Source: Candidatus Thorarchaeota archaeon (GTDB lineage: Archaea; Asgardarchaeota; Heimdallarchaeia; Hodarchaeales; Hodarchaeaceae). Taken from it: a DNA stretch of 32,000 nucleotides. Where the stretch lies: positions 1 through 32,000 of the forward strand of contig JBHLRO010000025.1 of NCBI GenBank assembly GCA_048882505.1. Reading direction: 5' to 3'. Each line of letters begins with the position of its first letter. Position 1 is the first letter of the stretch. The notes beneath the pieces are model-generated. The model was not told where the DNA came from. It worked only from the letters and a program-made list of their open reading frames with translations, and ran no database searches. Position numbers and translations under genes: made by a program. Shown here piece after piece: positions 8,839 through 17,336 of the stretch.

Positions 8839-10746
8839 GTGATAAAAGTGATAAAACAGGCAATATTGGAAATTCCTGGTTTATATCCTGTATACTTCGT
8901 CATAGTCGGACTAGCAATCTTTATCATTGCCTATCTCGTCTATGCTCGGTGGTTTGATTCCAAAGTTATCAAAGCAGACCCAAAGAAGACAACCCCAGCA
9001 AATATGTACATGGATGGCGTGGAGTTCTTTCCCACGGAGAAGTCCGTCCTCTTCGGTTTTCAATTTAAAACCATTGCGGCGACAGGACCGATCATGGGTC
9101 CATTCATTGCCCTCCTCTTTGGATGGCTCCCTGCATTTCTGTGGATTGTACTTGGTAACTTTTTCATCGGGTGGGTTCAGGATTACTCCTCGACTATGCT
9201 TTCAGTTCGGCATGACGGTAAATCCTTTGGCCCCTTGGCCTATGAATTCGTAAGTCCTCGTTCTCGCAACGTTCTGTTGGGTTATATTGTTGTCTACCTC
9301 CTCATCATCCTTGGTATCTTTGCTTACGTTGTTGCGTTGCTCTTCGATCTTTTCATGGCTTCGATTATTCCGACAATAATGGTAGTTGTAGCTGGTGTGG
9401 TAGTTGGCTATCTTCTGTACAAGGTTAAGATGCCAGTGATTCAAGCTACACTTATAGGACTCGGTATAATCGTGATTGGATTCCTTCCTGCGATAATAGA
9501 TCCTGCTTTCTCGTTAACACAATTTACGGGAGGTAATCAAGAAATTATGGATTTAGGCTTCATGACGTTACGTTGGTTTGACGTCCTACTTATCCTGACC
9601 TGCGTGATTGTGTTCTTAGGAGCTGTTCTCCCCATTGGATCCTATTCCCAACCAATTAACTACTTGTCGTTCTATGTTTGCTATTTTGGTCTCATTCTTC
9701 TCTTAGTGGCCTCACTGCTCACACCATTTCTTCAATTTACAGGGACCATTGGTACGGTTGACTATGTAAATCATCCCCTGACGATTCAAGCCCCAGCAAT
9801 TGGAGAATTATTTGCTGTTGATGGAGCCACTGGCGCATTAACGCTCCTTTGGCCTGTCATGTTTGTTGCCATTGCGTGTGGTGCAGTTAGTGGTTGGCAC
9901 AGTTTAGTGGGTTCCAGCGGTACTTCGAGACAGCTAAATCTAGAGACTGATGCACTCCCCGTTGCAGCTGGCAGTATGCTTAGTGAGGGAGTACTTGCTT
10001 TGGTAGCCCTGGCGGCGTTCTCCGTTGTACCAGGAGCAAGGTACGGTCCTCTTGCGGTAGGAACATTTGTCAATGGTGCCACCATGATGACTCATCCAAT
10101 TGTGGGTATGATTGGTCTGAACCAAGCAGTTACGTCAGCTCTACTTGCTGCGCTAGTAATTCTGTTTGCCATTACAATTATGTATGTGGCGCTAAGATTT
10201 TTCCGTCTAGCTCTAGCAGAACTTCTAGAACCTGTTCCAGCCTTAAGTGCGGCAGCGAAGAATGTCTATATTGGTGCCTTTGTAGGGACAGTACTAATGT
10301 TTCTGTTTGCGGAGACAAAAGCATTTGTTTGGATGTGGATTCTCTTCGGAGGAGCCAACCAGCTGATGGCATCTCTGGCTCTAATCCTAGTTACGCTTTG
10401 GTTAGTAAGGGAACGGAAACCCCAATGGTTCGTTTCTGGCATTCCTGCGGTGTTTATGTTCGCAACATGCATTGCTGCGTTACTACTGACCTCCTACAAC
10501 TTCTTGCTTTTCGCTCTGGATCCATCGGGGGCCCTCGCTAGTGGTTTAATTGGAGCTATCGGGACAACCCTCGCGGGCAGAGGGATCCATGATCCATTGT
10601 CAACACCTATGGTTCAGTTAATGAGCGTAGCCTTCCTTGCAATCGCACTGATTCTAGTGATATTAGCTTGTCTGCTCGCATGGGATGCATACAAAGCCTT
10701 TCAGACCGGTAGAGCAGAAGCTCCACCTACGGTAACTCCTGCGTGA
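8839..10746 (+). CDS. cstA: Carbon starvation protein A family transporter (peptide/pyruvate)
   Basis: TTPA...DGVEFFPT..VLFGFQFKTIAATGPIMGP, GWLPAFLWI, IACGAVSGWHSLVGS, EGVLAL, W.LFGGANQLMA; about 16 hydrophobic segments. Confidence 0.93.
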   Translation: MIKVIKQAILEIPGLYPVYFVIVGLAIFIIAYLVYARWFDSKVIKADPKKTTPANMYMDGVEFFPTEKSVLFGFQFKTIAATGPIMGPFIALLFGWLPAFLWIVLGNFFIGWVQDYSSTMLSVRHDGKSFGPLAYEFVSPRSRNVLLGYIVVYLLIILGIFAYVVALLFDLFMASIIPTIMVVVAGVVVGYLLYKVKMPVIQATLIGLGIIVIGFLPAIIDPAFSLTQFTGGNQEIMDLGFMTLRWFDVLLILTCVIVFLGAVLPIGSYSQPINYLSFYVCYFGLILLLVASLLTPFLQFTGTIGTVDYVNHPLTIQAPAIGELFAVDGATGALTLLWPVMFVAIACGAVSGWHSLVGSSGTSRQLNLETDALPVAAGSMLSEGVLALVALAAFSVVPGARYGPLAVGTFVNGATMMTHPIVGMIGLNQAVTSALLAALVILFAITIMYVALRFFRLALAELLEPVPALSAAAKNVYIGAFVGTVLMFLFAETKAFVWMWILFGGANQLMASLALILVTLWLVRERKPQWFVSGIPAVFMFATCIAALLLTSYNFLLFALDPSGALASGLIGAIGTTLAGRGIHDPLSTPMVQLMSVAFLAIALILVILACLLAWDAYKAFQTGRAEAPPTVTPA

Positions 10747-10822
10747 AGTGTCTCGCAAGTTGGTTGAAAATCCTACCTGTAGTCTCAGGCCAAGTTTCCT
10801 TGAGATATCAGGTTTCCTCTCC

Positions 10823-10833
10823 CCCCTTTTTTT
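10823..10833 (+). terminator. Possible archaeal oligo-T terminator after cstA
   Basis: Pyrimidine tract CCCCC-TTTTTTTT about 80 nt after the cstA stop; boundaries approximate. Confidence 0.3.
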
Positions 10834-10969
10834 TACATGCCAGGATTGCATTCTCAACAAAACGCACCTAGAGGAAAAAGTTCCCTAGAATTAATCTAAG
10901 ATTGATGACCACATAGGGTAACAACGGTGTTGTTACTTTATAGATAGTTTCAGCCCTCTATTTAGGATA

Positions 10970-11569
10970 ATGACCTTAATACTAAAGATTTTTAATTCAT
11001 TTTCTCTGAACCGCTCTTTTGTGATTCAATTGAATGACTCTCAAGAAAGCGAAGCGATGGATTATGTACTCAGATTAATGAGTCTATCTGCCCGAACTAG
11101 CCCAAAAACAGCAGGCATTGATGACATTCTACTCAAGATCGTTGTGGGAGAAGAAAAAGGAAAAGTAGTAGAGGAAATGCACAGGCTTGGAAAGGAACGA
11201 GGTATTCCAAATTTCCATCGAGATGCTCGTAGTATTGATAAAAGTCACGGAATGCTCCTTATAGGTATTGAAAGGAATGCTGGTACCATTAGTTTGAACT
11301 GTGGTGCTTGTGGTTTCGATTGTGATGAACTAGATGATATGAAAAAGGAAGGAGCAGATTATTATGGCCCCAATTGCGCTTATAAACTCCTAGATCTGGG
11401 GATCGCTCTTGGATCGGCAGCAAAGACAGCTAGCATCATGAATGCAGATAGTAGGATCATGTATCGTGCAGCTACAGCTGCGATGAGGATTGGGATTTTT
11501 AATGACGTTTCAGTGGCTTTAGCAATCCCAATTTCAGGTACAGGAAAAAATGTCTTTTTTGATCGTTGA
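10970..11569 (+). CDS. DUF2148 / ferredoxin-domain-containing protein (COG4739-like); true start probably a few codons downstream
   Basis: SARTSPK, NCGACGFDC, GPNC...LDLGIALGSA, DSRIMY, terminal KNVFFDR. Confidence 0.85.
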   Translation: MTLILKIFNSFSLNRSFVIQLNDSQESEAMDYVLRLMSLSARTSPKTAGIDDILLKIVVGEEKGKVVEEMHRLGKERGIPNFHRDARSIDKSHGMLLIGIERNAGTISLNCGACGFDCDELDDMKKEGADYYGPNCAYKLLDLGIALGSAAKTASIMNADSRIMYRAATAAMRIGIFNDVSVALAIPISGTGKNVFFDR

Positions 11570-11590
11570 TTATCAGTTGGAGTATTAACT

Positions 11591-11944
11591 TTGGCATTAG
11601 AAAACCTTTCTAGAGTTTCGTTTTCCGATATGGAACGAATCGATTTAAGAATCAGGGTAAAAAGTGGGATTGCCTCCATTTTTGGCAAGATATATTTGCA
11701 TGAGAAATTTGATGTACGCGTTTTTGGTTTCGAGGAAAAAGTCCTTGAAAAGGATCTCGAGTCCTACCTTGAAAAGGTTGGTCGTGAAGCTTCAGAGAAT
11801 GGGATAGATTTCAGATCTTCGGTCACAAAATGGGGATGGCTTTGGACGCTCGAAAAGAAAATGTGGGCAGCAACTTCGGGTGAGGTTCTCTCCCCTCATA
11901 GGTGTCCTGCCTGTGTTCTTATGGAGGGATCCCTTCGTAGTTGA
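11591..11944 (+). CDS. Hypothetical protein, 117 aa
   Basis: TTG start 21 nt after the DUF2148 stop, same strand. Protein-like composition; CPAC near the C-terminus. Confidence 0.5.
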   Translation: MALENLSRVSFSDMERIDLRIRVKSGIASIFGKIYLHEKFDVRVFGFEEKVLEKDLESYLEKVGREASENGIDFRSSVTKWGWLWTLEKKMWAATSGEVLSPHRCPACVLMEGSLRS

Positions 11945-12084
11945 CATCCCAACTATATAATCATAAACCTTTTTGATTTAGATTTATAAATTGGAATTTA
12001 TCCTTTTTAATAAAGCCTTATCACTCAGATGTAACAGGAGTAGCAATAGACATCAAAATTATTTCGGATGGATCTCCTATGAAA

Positions 12085-13083
12085 CTATAGTGTGATTACA
12101 TCCGCAACTTTTCCAACAGCGCTCACCCCAAGAATCTCAGTCTCGAATAGGGGAATTTCCGCTAGAACTAGATTCCCGAGGTTTTTGTTGATATAATTCA
12201 TGTAGGTCTCTTGCTGGTTGTAGGCATTCTTCAAATAATCTGTTGATGTTTCTTTTAAAACAATGTCCTTTGAAATTACCTTATTCACAATGACGCCACC
12301 TACTGGGATATCGAAAGAAGATACCATTCGAATGAATCTTTCTACTACAGCAATTGGCAGTGCTAAGGGAAGAGTTATAAAAAAGAAAGCTGTTTGGTTG
12401 GAATCCTTGAGAAGCATTTTTGCAGCCTCTGTCTTCTGTCTGGTTTTAAGTAGATCTGCCATTAGAGGATCTTTTTCAATTTCCTTCTTTATTCTATCCT
12501 TTCGAAAGCTGAGTTGTAACCGGATAGAAAGGGCCTCCTTTCTGGACTGGATCATCCTCCCAAGCCAGAGATCATAGAGCTTAGACAATCCAATAAGTCG
12601 AATTGCGTTTGCTACAGCAGCGGTATCGAATACCATTACATCAAACTCGTCCTTTCTTTCGATCATCATGTTTGTCATTTGGTCAAATTGAGCGCTTTCT
12701 TCAAAACTGGGATTTGTAGTAGCAATTTCAACAAAAGATTCGGTTTTGACAGGGATATCAGCATATTTTAGGAAAAAATCAATTTTACGCTTTAGCTCTT
12801 TTTTATAATTTTCCACAGTGTCTGTAATATCAATCTCGCATGCCCAAACGTTGTCTAAGCCTTCCAACTTAGCTACTTTTCCCCTTGGAAGGCGTTGATC
12901 AAATAGACTGCTCAATGAGTGAACTGGATTAAGACTGGATAACAGAACGCGTTTTCCCTTTCTAGCGAAGTCCAATGCAATTGCAGCGGCACTGATTGTC
13001 TTACCAACACCTCCTTTTCCCCCTGTGAAAATGTACTTTAAGCTGGGTTTATTTTCTATGAAGGTTCTATAGGTTTGTGACAT
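12085..13083 (-). CDS. ArsA/GET3-family ATPase, degenerate copy (Switch I Asp to Asn)
   Basis: Deviant Walker A GGKGGVGKT. Switch I reads SSLNPVHSL (canonical STDPAHSL; AAT codon at 12928-12930). Switch II reads FDTAAVANAIR (canonical DTAPTGHTLR). Confidence 0.9.
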   Translation of the reverse strand: MSQTYRTFIENKPSLKYIFTGGKGGVGKTISAAAIALDFARKGKRVLLSSLNPVHSLSSLFDQRLPRGKVAKLEGLDNVWACEIDITDTVENYKKELKRKIDFFLKYADIPVKTESFVEIATTNPSFEESAQFDQMTNMMIERKDEFDVMVFDTAAVANAIRLIGLSKLYDLWLGRMIQSRKEALSIRLQLSFRKDRIKKEIEKDPLMADLLKTRQKTEAAKMLLKDSNQTAFFFITLPLALPIAVVERFIRMVSSFDIPVGGVIVNKVISKDIVLKETSTDYLKNAYNQQETYMNYINKNLGNLVLAEIPLFETEILGVSAVGKVADVITL

Positions 13084-13103
13084 TTGACAGATCTCCTAGT
13101 TAA

Positions 13104-14126
13104 TCAATCAGGTCTTTCCCAGAGAAATAGATCCTCTGCGACCTTTGTCAGAAGTTCGATTCCCTTGGGTTCTCGGTCATACATAGGGATTACTGCCAAT
13201 ACCTTGTCACCAAATCGGTCAAATATCGTGTCGAGATGTCTTTGCTGCATCTTTATCTTGTTCTTTAGGAAGTCAGAAAGAGATTCATTTTCTAATAATT
13301 CCGAAGGATATACCTGGTTGACTAATACCCCTGAAATGTTTATTCCAAATTGCTCAAACATATTGATGGCACGTTCTGTATCTAGAATTGCCATCTGCTC
13401 GGGAATTAGTACCATGAAGAAACCAGTACGATCTTCATTCTGTAGCATCGAACTGAAGAAGTTGAGTCTATCCCGAATTTCAATGAGTTCCCCCATGATG
13501 GCATCTTCAGCCAAATCCTGCTTTGTTTTTCTCATAAATTTGGCAGCTACTTCCTCGTATTCCTCTGCCTTCTCTCTCATACCTGTAATCTTTTGAATCC
13601 AGCTGCTTAAAACATCTGCAGTAGATACGAAGCGAACTCCATGTCCAAAGGGAGGCATGTCAAATATGTAGAGTGTATATTTTCCCTCAGACACCAGAGA
13701 AACCATGGCATCATAAGTAGCCGATTCGTGCATCGCAGGTTCGGCTTTTGCGCTCTCTATGTAATCCTCTATCTCCTCGGGGATCTCTTCGAGCTTGTAT
13801 AAGTTAAAGATTTGTTGCCTCACGCTTTGTACATAATTCTCAATCTCCCTATCAGCATCGATTTCAGTCACAAAGAGGTTCTCTGCGAGTTTGACCTCAC
13901 CTTTTCCGAATACATCCTTCTCGAACACATCACTTAATGAGGCCTGAGGGTCTGTTGAGAAAACAAGAGTTTTTATTATTTTCTCTTTAGAGAAGTGAAT
14001 GGAGGTGGCTGCACTGAGAGTGGTTTTCCCTAATCCTCCCTTTCCTGCAAATATAAGGGTTTGAATATCTTTTTTTTGGTCAAAAAATTCCGTATAGGTC
14101 GAGTATGTATCCTTCACAATTTTCAC
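13104..14126 (-). CDS. ArsA/GET3-family ATPase, catalytically intact-looking copy
   Basis: AGKGGLGKTT, STDPQASLSD, EIDA, FDMPPFGHGVRF, VNQV. The protein contains no Cys. Confidence 0.92.
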   Translation of the reverse strand: MKIVKDTYSTYTEFFDQKKDIQTLIFAGKGGLGKTTLSAATSIHFSKEKIIKTLVFSTDPQASLSDVFEKDVFGKGEVKLAENLFVTEIDADREIENYVQSVRQQIFNLYKLEEIPEEIEDYIESAKAEPAMHESATYDAMVSLVSEGKYTLYIFDMPPFGHGVRFVSTADVLSSWIQKITGMREKAEEYEEVAAKFMRKTKQDLAEDAIMGELIEIRDRLNFFSSMLQNEDRTGFFMVLIPEQMAILDTERAINMFEQFGINISGVLVNQVYPSELLENESLSDFLKNKIKMQQRHLDTIFDRFGDKVLAVIPMYDREPKGIELLTKVAEDLFLWERPD

Positions 14127-14167
14127 CTTTACCTAAGAATATACGTGATGACGTCAAATGGTGAACT

Positions 14168-14476
14168 CTAGTAGAGAGCGTCAGTGAGATCCCTTTCTTT
14201 AAGCATCCTCCTTTTCCAAGTCTTGATCTGGGGCACAACGTAGGGCAAGATACGCAGTGAATAATATGGGGGCAAGATTGGGATACCCATAAGGTCACCA
14301 AGGGTGATCAGCATAAACATGTGTTCAAAGTACATCCTACTCTTTAGAGCCTGCCTGGACATTCCATGCATCGCTGCTCCGTAGATAAGACGTTTAATAG
14401 AAGCTCTTAGCCCCTTAGCCTCACTCTCATTATCAGATTCATCATTATCGGACCTATTTTCTTCAATTCCAGACAT
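14168..14476 (-). CDS. Small protein of the family found with cstA and ArsA-type ATPases (resembles 'cory-CC-star' proteins but lacks the terminal CC)
   Basis: HMFMLITLGDLMGIPILPPYYSLRILPY...WKRRMLKER resembles the remembered DLFMLLVFSEALGIPNP.SYYTLELLP...WHRRMGMER. First gene of the ArsA operon. Confidence 0.7.
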   Translation of the reverse strand: MSGIEENRSDNDESDNESEAKGLRASIKRLIYGAAMHGMSRQALKSRMYFEHMFMLITLGDLMGIPILPPYYSLRILPYVVPQIKTWKRRMLKERDLTDALY

Positions 14477-14724
14477 CTTATTACCCCATCAAAATTGGTT
14501 GGATATCTCTCATTATATTTAAATTTGGTTAAACAAGGAACATAAGCGTTGAAAAGTACAAAGAAATGTTAAATTTTTTGATTAATATTAAATGCTGATA
14601 GCTTTTCTTTCAATGAATGTGAATATATTGATTGTGAAGAATCCTTTTCAACGGAAATACGAGAAATAGATTGACCTCAGATAGTGTGATTTGCCTGAGC
14701 GTATAAGAGTCAATTATTAATATT

Positions 14725-15849
14725 CTAATTATCGTTTTTAACAACCTGTCCCAATACCTCGCTTAATCTTACCACATTCTCGACTCTTGCGGCATGACCC
14801 ATTAGTCCAATCCGCCAAATTTTTCCCGCAAGGGGACCCAATCCTCCTCCAATCTCTATCTTTTGATTAAACCGAAGATAATTACGGGTCTCAACATCAT
14901 GAATGTTTTTTGGAATTTTTACCGCGTTCAGCATGGGTAGACGGTTTGGCTTTTCTACTAGAAATTCAAGGTTCAATTCCTCAAACCTTCTCACCAATTC
15001 GTTGTGAGCATCGAGGTGCCTCTTGAATACATTTTCAATGCCTTCATTGAATATGAGCTGTAAAGCTCTGTAAAATGCATAAAGCATATTCGATGGGGCC
15101 GTGTGATGATACACTCGCTTCTTCTCTCCGCTCCAATATTGGCTTATTAAATTTACATCAAAATAAAAGTTTGGGACTCTTTCTTTCCTATTAAGAACGG
15201 CAGAAACCGCTCTTTCGGAAAAAGATATTGGTGCTAATCCAGGTGGACATGAGAGGCATTTTTGAGAGCCACTGTACACTGCATCCAACCCCCATTTGTC
15301 CACATTAACCTCCATACCGCCTAAACTTGTAACACAATCGACTAAGAACAGGGAATCTGTTTCGTTAACGGCTTTTGCTAAACCTTCGATCGGATTTTTG
15401 ACCCCGGTGGATGTTTCTCCGTGAACAGCGGCAATTATTTTGTAATCTCGATTCGAAAGCTCTTCTATTACTGTTTCTTCCAGAATTGGGGTTCCCCATT
15501 CAAATTCTAGGTAATTCACATTTGCTCTGAGTCTTGATGCTACTTCAATCATTCGCTTTCCAAAAATACCGTTTGCCAAAATCAGTACCGAATCTTTTGG
15601 TTCAATCAAATTAACAAAACAAGTCTCCATTCCAGAAGAGCCTGTACCTGACACAGGAAATGTCACAGTATTGCGTGTCATGAACAATTTCCTTAGGAGG
15701 ATTTGAATTTCATCCATTATTTCAATAAAGTAAGGATCTAGGTATCCTAGGGTTTTACAAGTCATAGCGCGGTATATTTCAGGTGGAACATGCGAAGGGC
15801 CCGGTCCCATTAATAATATGTCTTCTATTCCGTCTAAAAGATCTTTCAC
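14725..15849 (-). CDS. Alanine-glyoxylate/serine-pyruvate aminotransferase (class V PLP)
   Basis: LLMGPGPS, SGTGSSGME, VHGETSTGV, LVDCVTSLGG, SGSQK (PLP Lys), YHHTAP, WRIGLMG. Confidence 0.93.
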   Translation of the reverse strand: MKDLLDGIEDILLMGPGPSHVPPEIYRAMTCKTLGYLDPYFIEIMDEIQILLRKLFMTRNTVTFPVSGTGSSGMETCFVNLIEPKDSVLILANGIFGKRMIEVASRLRANVNYLEFEWGTPILEETVIEELSNRDYKIIAAVHGETSTGVKNPIEGLAKAVNETDSLFLVDCVTSLGGMEVNVDKWGLDAVYSGSQKCLSCPPGLAPISFSERAVSAVLNRKERVPNFYFDVNLISQYWSGEKKRVYHHTAPSNMLYAFYRALQLIFNEGIENVFKRHLDAHNELVRRFEELNLEFLVEKPNRLPMLNAVKIPKNIHDVETRNYLRFNQKIEIGGGLGPLAGKIWRIGLMGHAARVENVVRLSEVLGQVVKNDN

Positions 15850-16064
15850 ATCTATCCAACTCCAATATTGTGATCCTTAAGTGGAAGTTTCTATTTGTTG
15901 ATTCTCGTACACCTAATTCAGATTGCATATATTCTGACAAGAGTGCATGTTCGGTTCAAATGGGTTAAGACTTTTTTCAAAACTCAAATGTATCAAAGGA
16001 CGATTCCTGAAGGTGGACAAAAGTTTTCAATCTTCAAACCCATAATATTAGTCGGGGTTTTAAA

Positions 16065-16853
16065 ATGGATTTAGAACTCACTGGAAAAGTAGCTTTAGTC
16101 GCTGCATCTTCTAAAGGACTAGGACGAGCTGTGGCCCTGGGACTTGCAGCAGAAGGAGCAGACCTAATAATTTGCGCAAGAAATGAGGACATATTAAACC
16201 AAGTCGCCTCTGAAATTAAAGAACTGGGCCGTCAGGTTCTTGTCGTCCCAACAGATCTTACTGAGTACGCTCAAGTGAAACAACTTGTGGAAAAAGCTCT
16301 TGACCGGTTTGGTAGGATTGATATCCTCATAACCAACTGTGGTGGACCTCCATCGGGCACATTTCTGGATTTTGATGTTGAAGACTGGCAGAATGCTATA
16401 AATCTTAGCTTAATGAGCACGATCTTTCTCTGTAGGGAAATTATTCCTATTATGATTAAACAACAGGCAGGATGTATAGTTATGAATACCTCAGTTACAG
16501 TAAAACAACCAAATACGAACTTAATTCTATCGAATGTTCCTAGAGCGGGGGTAACGGCTCTAGCCAAGACCCTCAGTAATGAATTTGGAAAGGATAATAT
16601 TCGTGTAAACGTTGTATGCCCTGGATATACTCGAACTGAGAGGATTTTAAGTCTCGCAGAAGCGCTATCCAAGAACCGTGGGGTTCCTACTGACGATATT
16701 CTCAAGGAATGGGAACAACGGAACGCTCTAAAGCGTATCGCTGAACCGGAAGAATACGCTAACGTGGTCGTCTTTCTCGCTTCTAAAAGGGCCAGTCATC
16801 TGACTGGGGTTACTCTCCAAATTGACGGAGGCCTTGTTCAAGGATTGCTTTGA
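16065..16853 (+). CDS. SDR oxidoreductase, atypical BKR-like subgroup
   Basis: AASSKGLG, NCGGPPSG, VNVVCPG. The catalytic YxxxK is replaced by SNVPR, as in this subfamily. Confidence 0.9.
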   Translation: MDLELTGKVALVAASSKGLGRAVALGLAAEGADLIICARNEDILNQVASEIKELGRQVLVVPTDLTEYAQVKQLVEKALDRFGRIDILITNCGGPPSGTFLDFDVEDWQNAINLSLMSTIFLCREIIPIMIKQQAGCIVMNTSVTVKQPNTNLILSNVPRAGVTALAKTLSNEFGKDNIRVNVVCPGYTRTERILSLAEALSKNRGVPTDDILKEWEQRNALKRIAEPEEYANVVVFLASKRASHLTGVTLQIDGGLVQGLL

Positions 16854-17089
16854 GCCCAGAGGAATGTAAAATCATCCGGAGACAATGCATCCGATATAAT
16901 CCGTTCTCCAACATCAGTTATATTAATCCACTTATCCAACTCATTTAGGTCTATCTTGTAAACCTAGTTTACATTTGATTTCTTGCTGATAACCAGAAGA
17001 AATTAACCAGAATGGGCTATATCAAGCAAGATAAGATCAGAAGTTTCAAGAATTCTTTTTGGCTCATCTAGGTTCACAGACAACATCAT
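16838..17089 (-). pseudogene. Probable pseudogene remnant resembling an S9 peptidase/TolB-like beta-propeller N-terminus
   Basis: One frame reads MMLSVNLDEPKRILETSDLILLDIAHSG*FLLVISKKSNVN*VYKIDLNELDKWINITDVGERIISDALSPDDFTFLWAQSNP*. Internal TAA at 17005-17003 and TAG at 16966-16964. Confidence 0.4.
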
Positions 17090-17336
17090 CCCTTAATCAA
17101 TGAGGTGCTAGAATGAGAATTCTTACGTTTTATGTCTCTCCATTTTAAATTGGGCCAATGAAATCCATTATTATTAATTTCCTCTACCAAAAGGAACCCA
17201 AACCGTGACACGAAATCCGCTTAAAGGGCGTTAAAATGTATCTTCATTAAGTAAAGCACCTCAAACTTTAAAAATTAAAGTTATGGCGCTTAACCGTACA
17301 CAATCAGTAAATTCTTTTCTAAAGGTTGGTTGTTTA

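Noticed and set aside
12085-14126. Arsenic-resistance (ars) operon
   Set aside because: No arsB/acr3, arsC, arsD or arsR in the window, and the metalloid-binding Cys residues are absent.
16964-17005. Genome-wide TAA/TAG-to-Gln recoding
   Set aside because: Neighbouring full-length genes end normally at TAA and TAG (e.g. the ACD gene at TAG, had at TGA, dch at TAA); point mutation in a relic is simpler.
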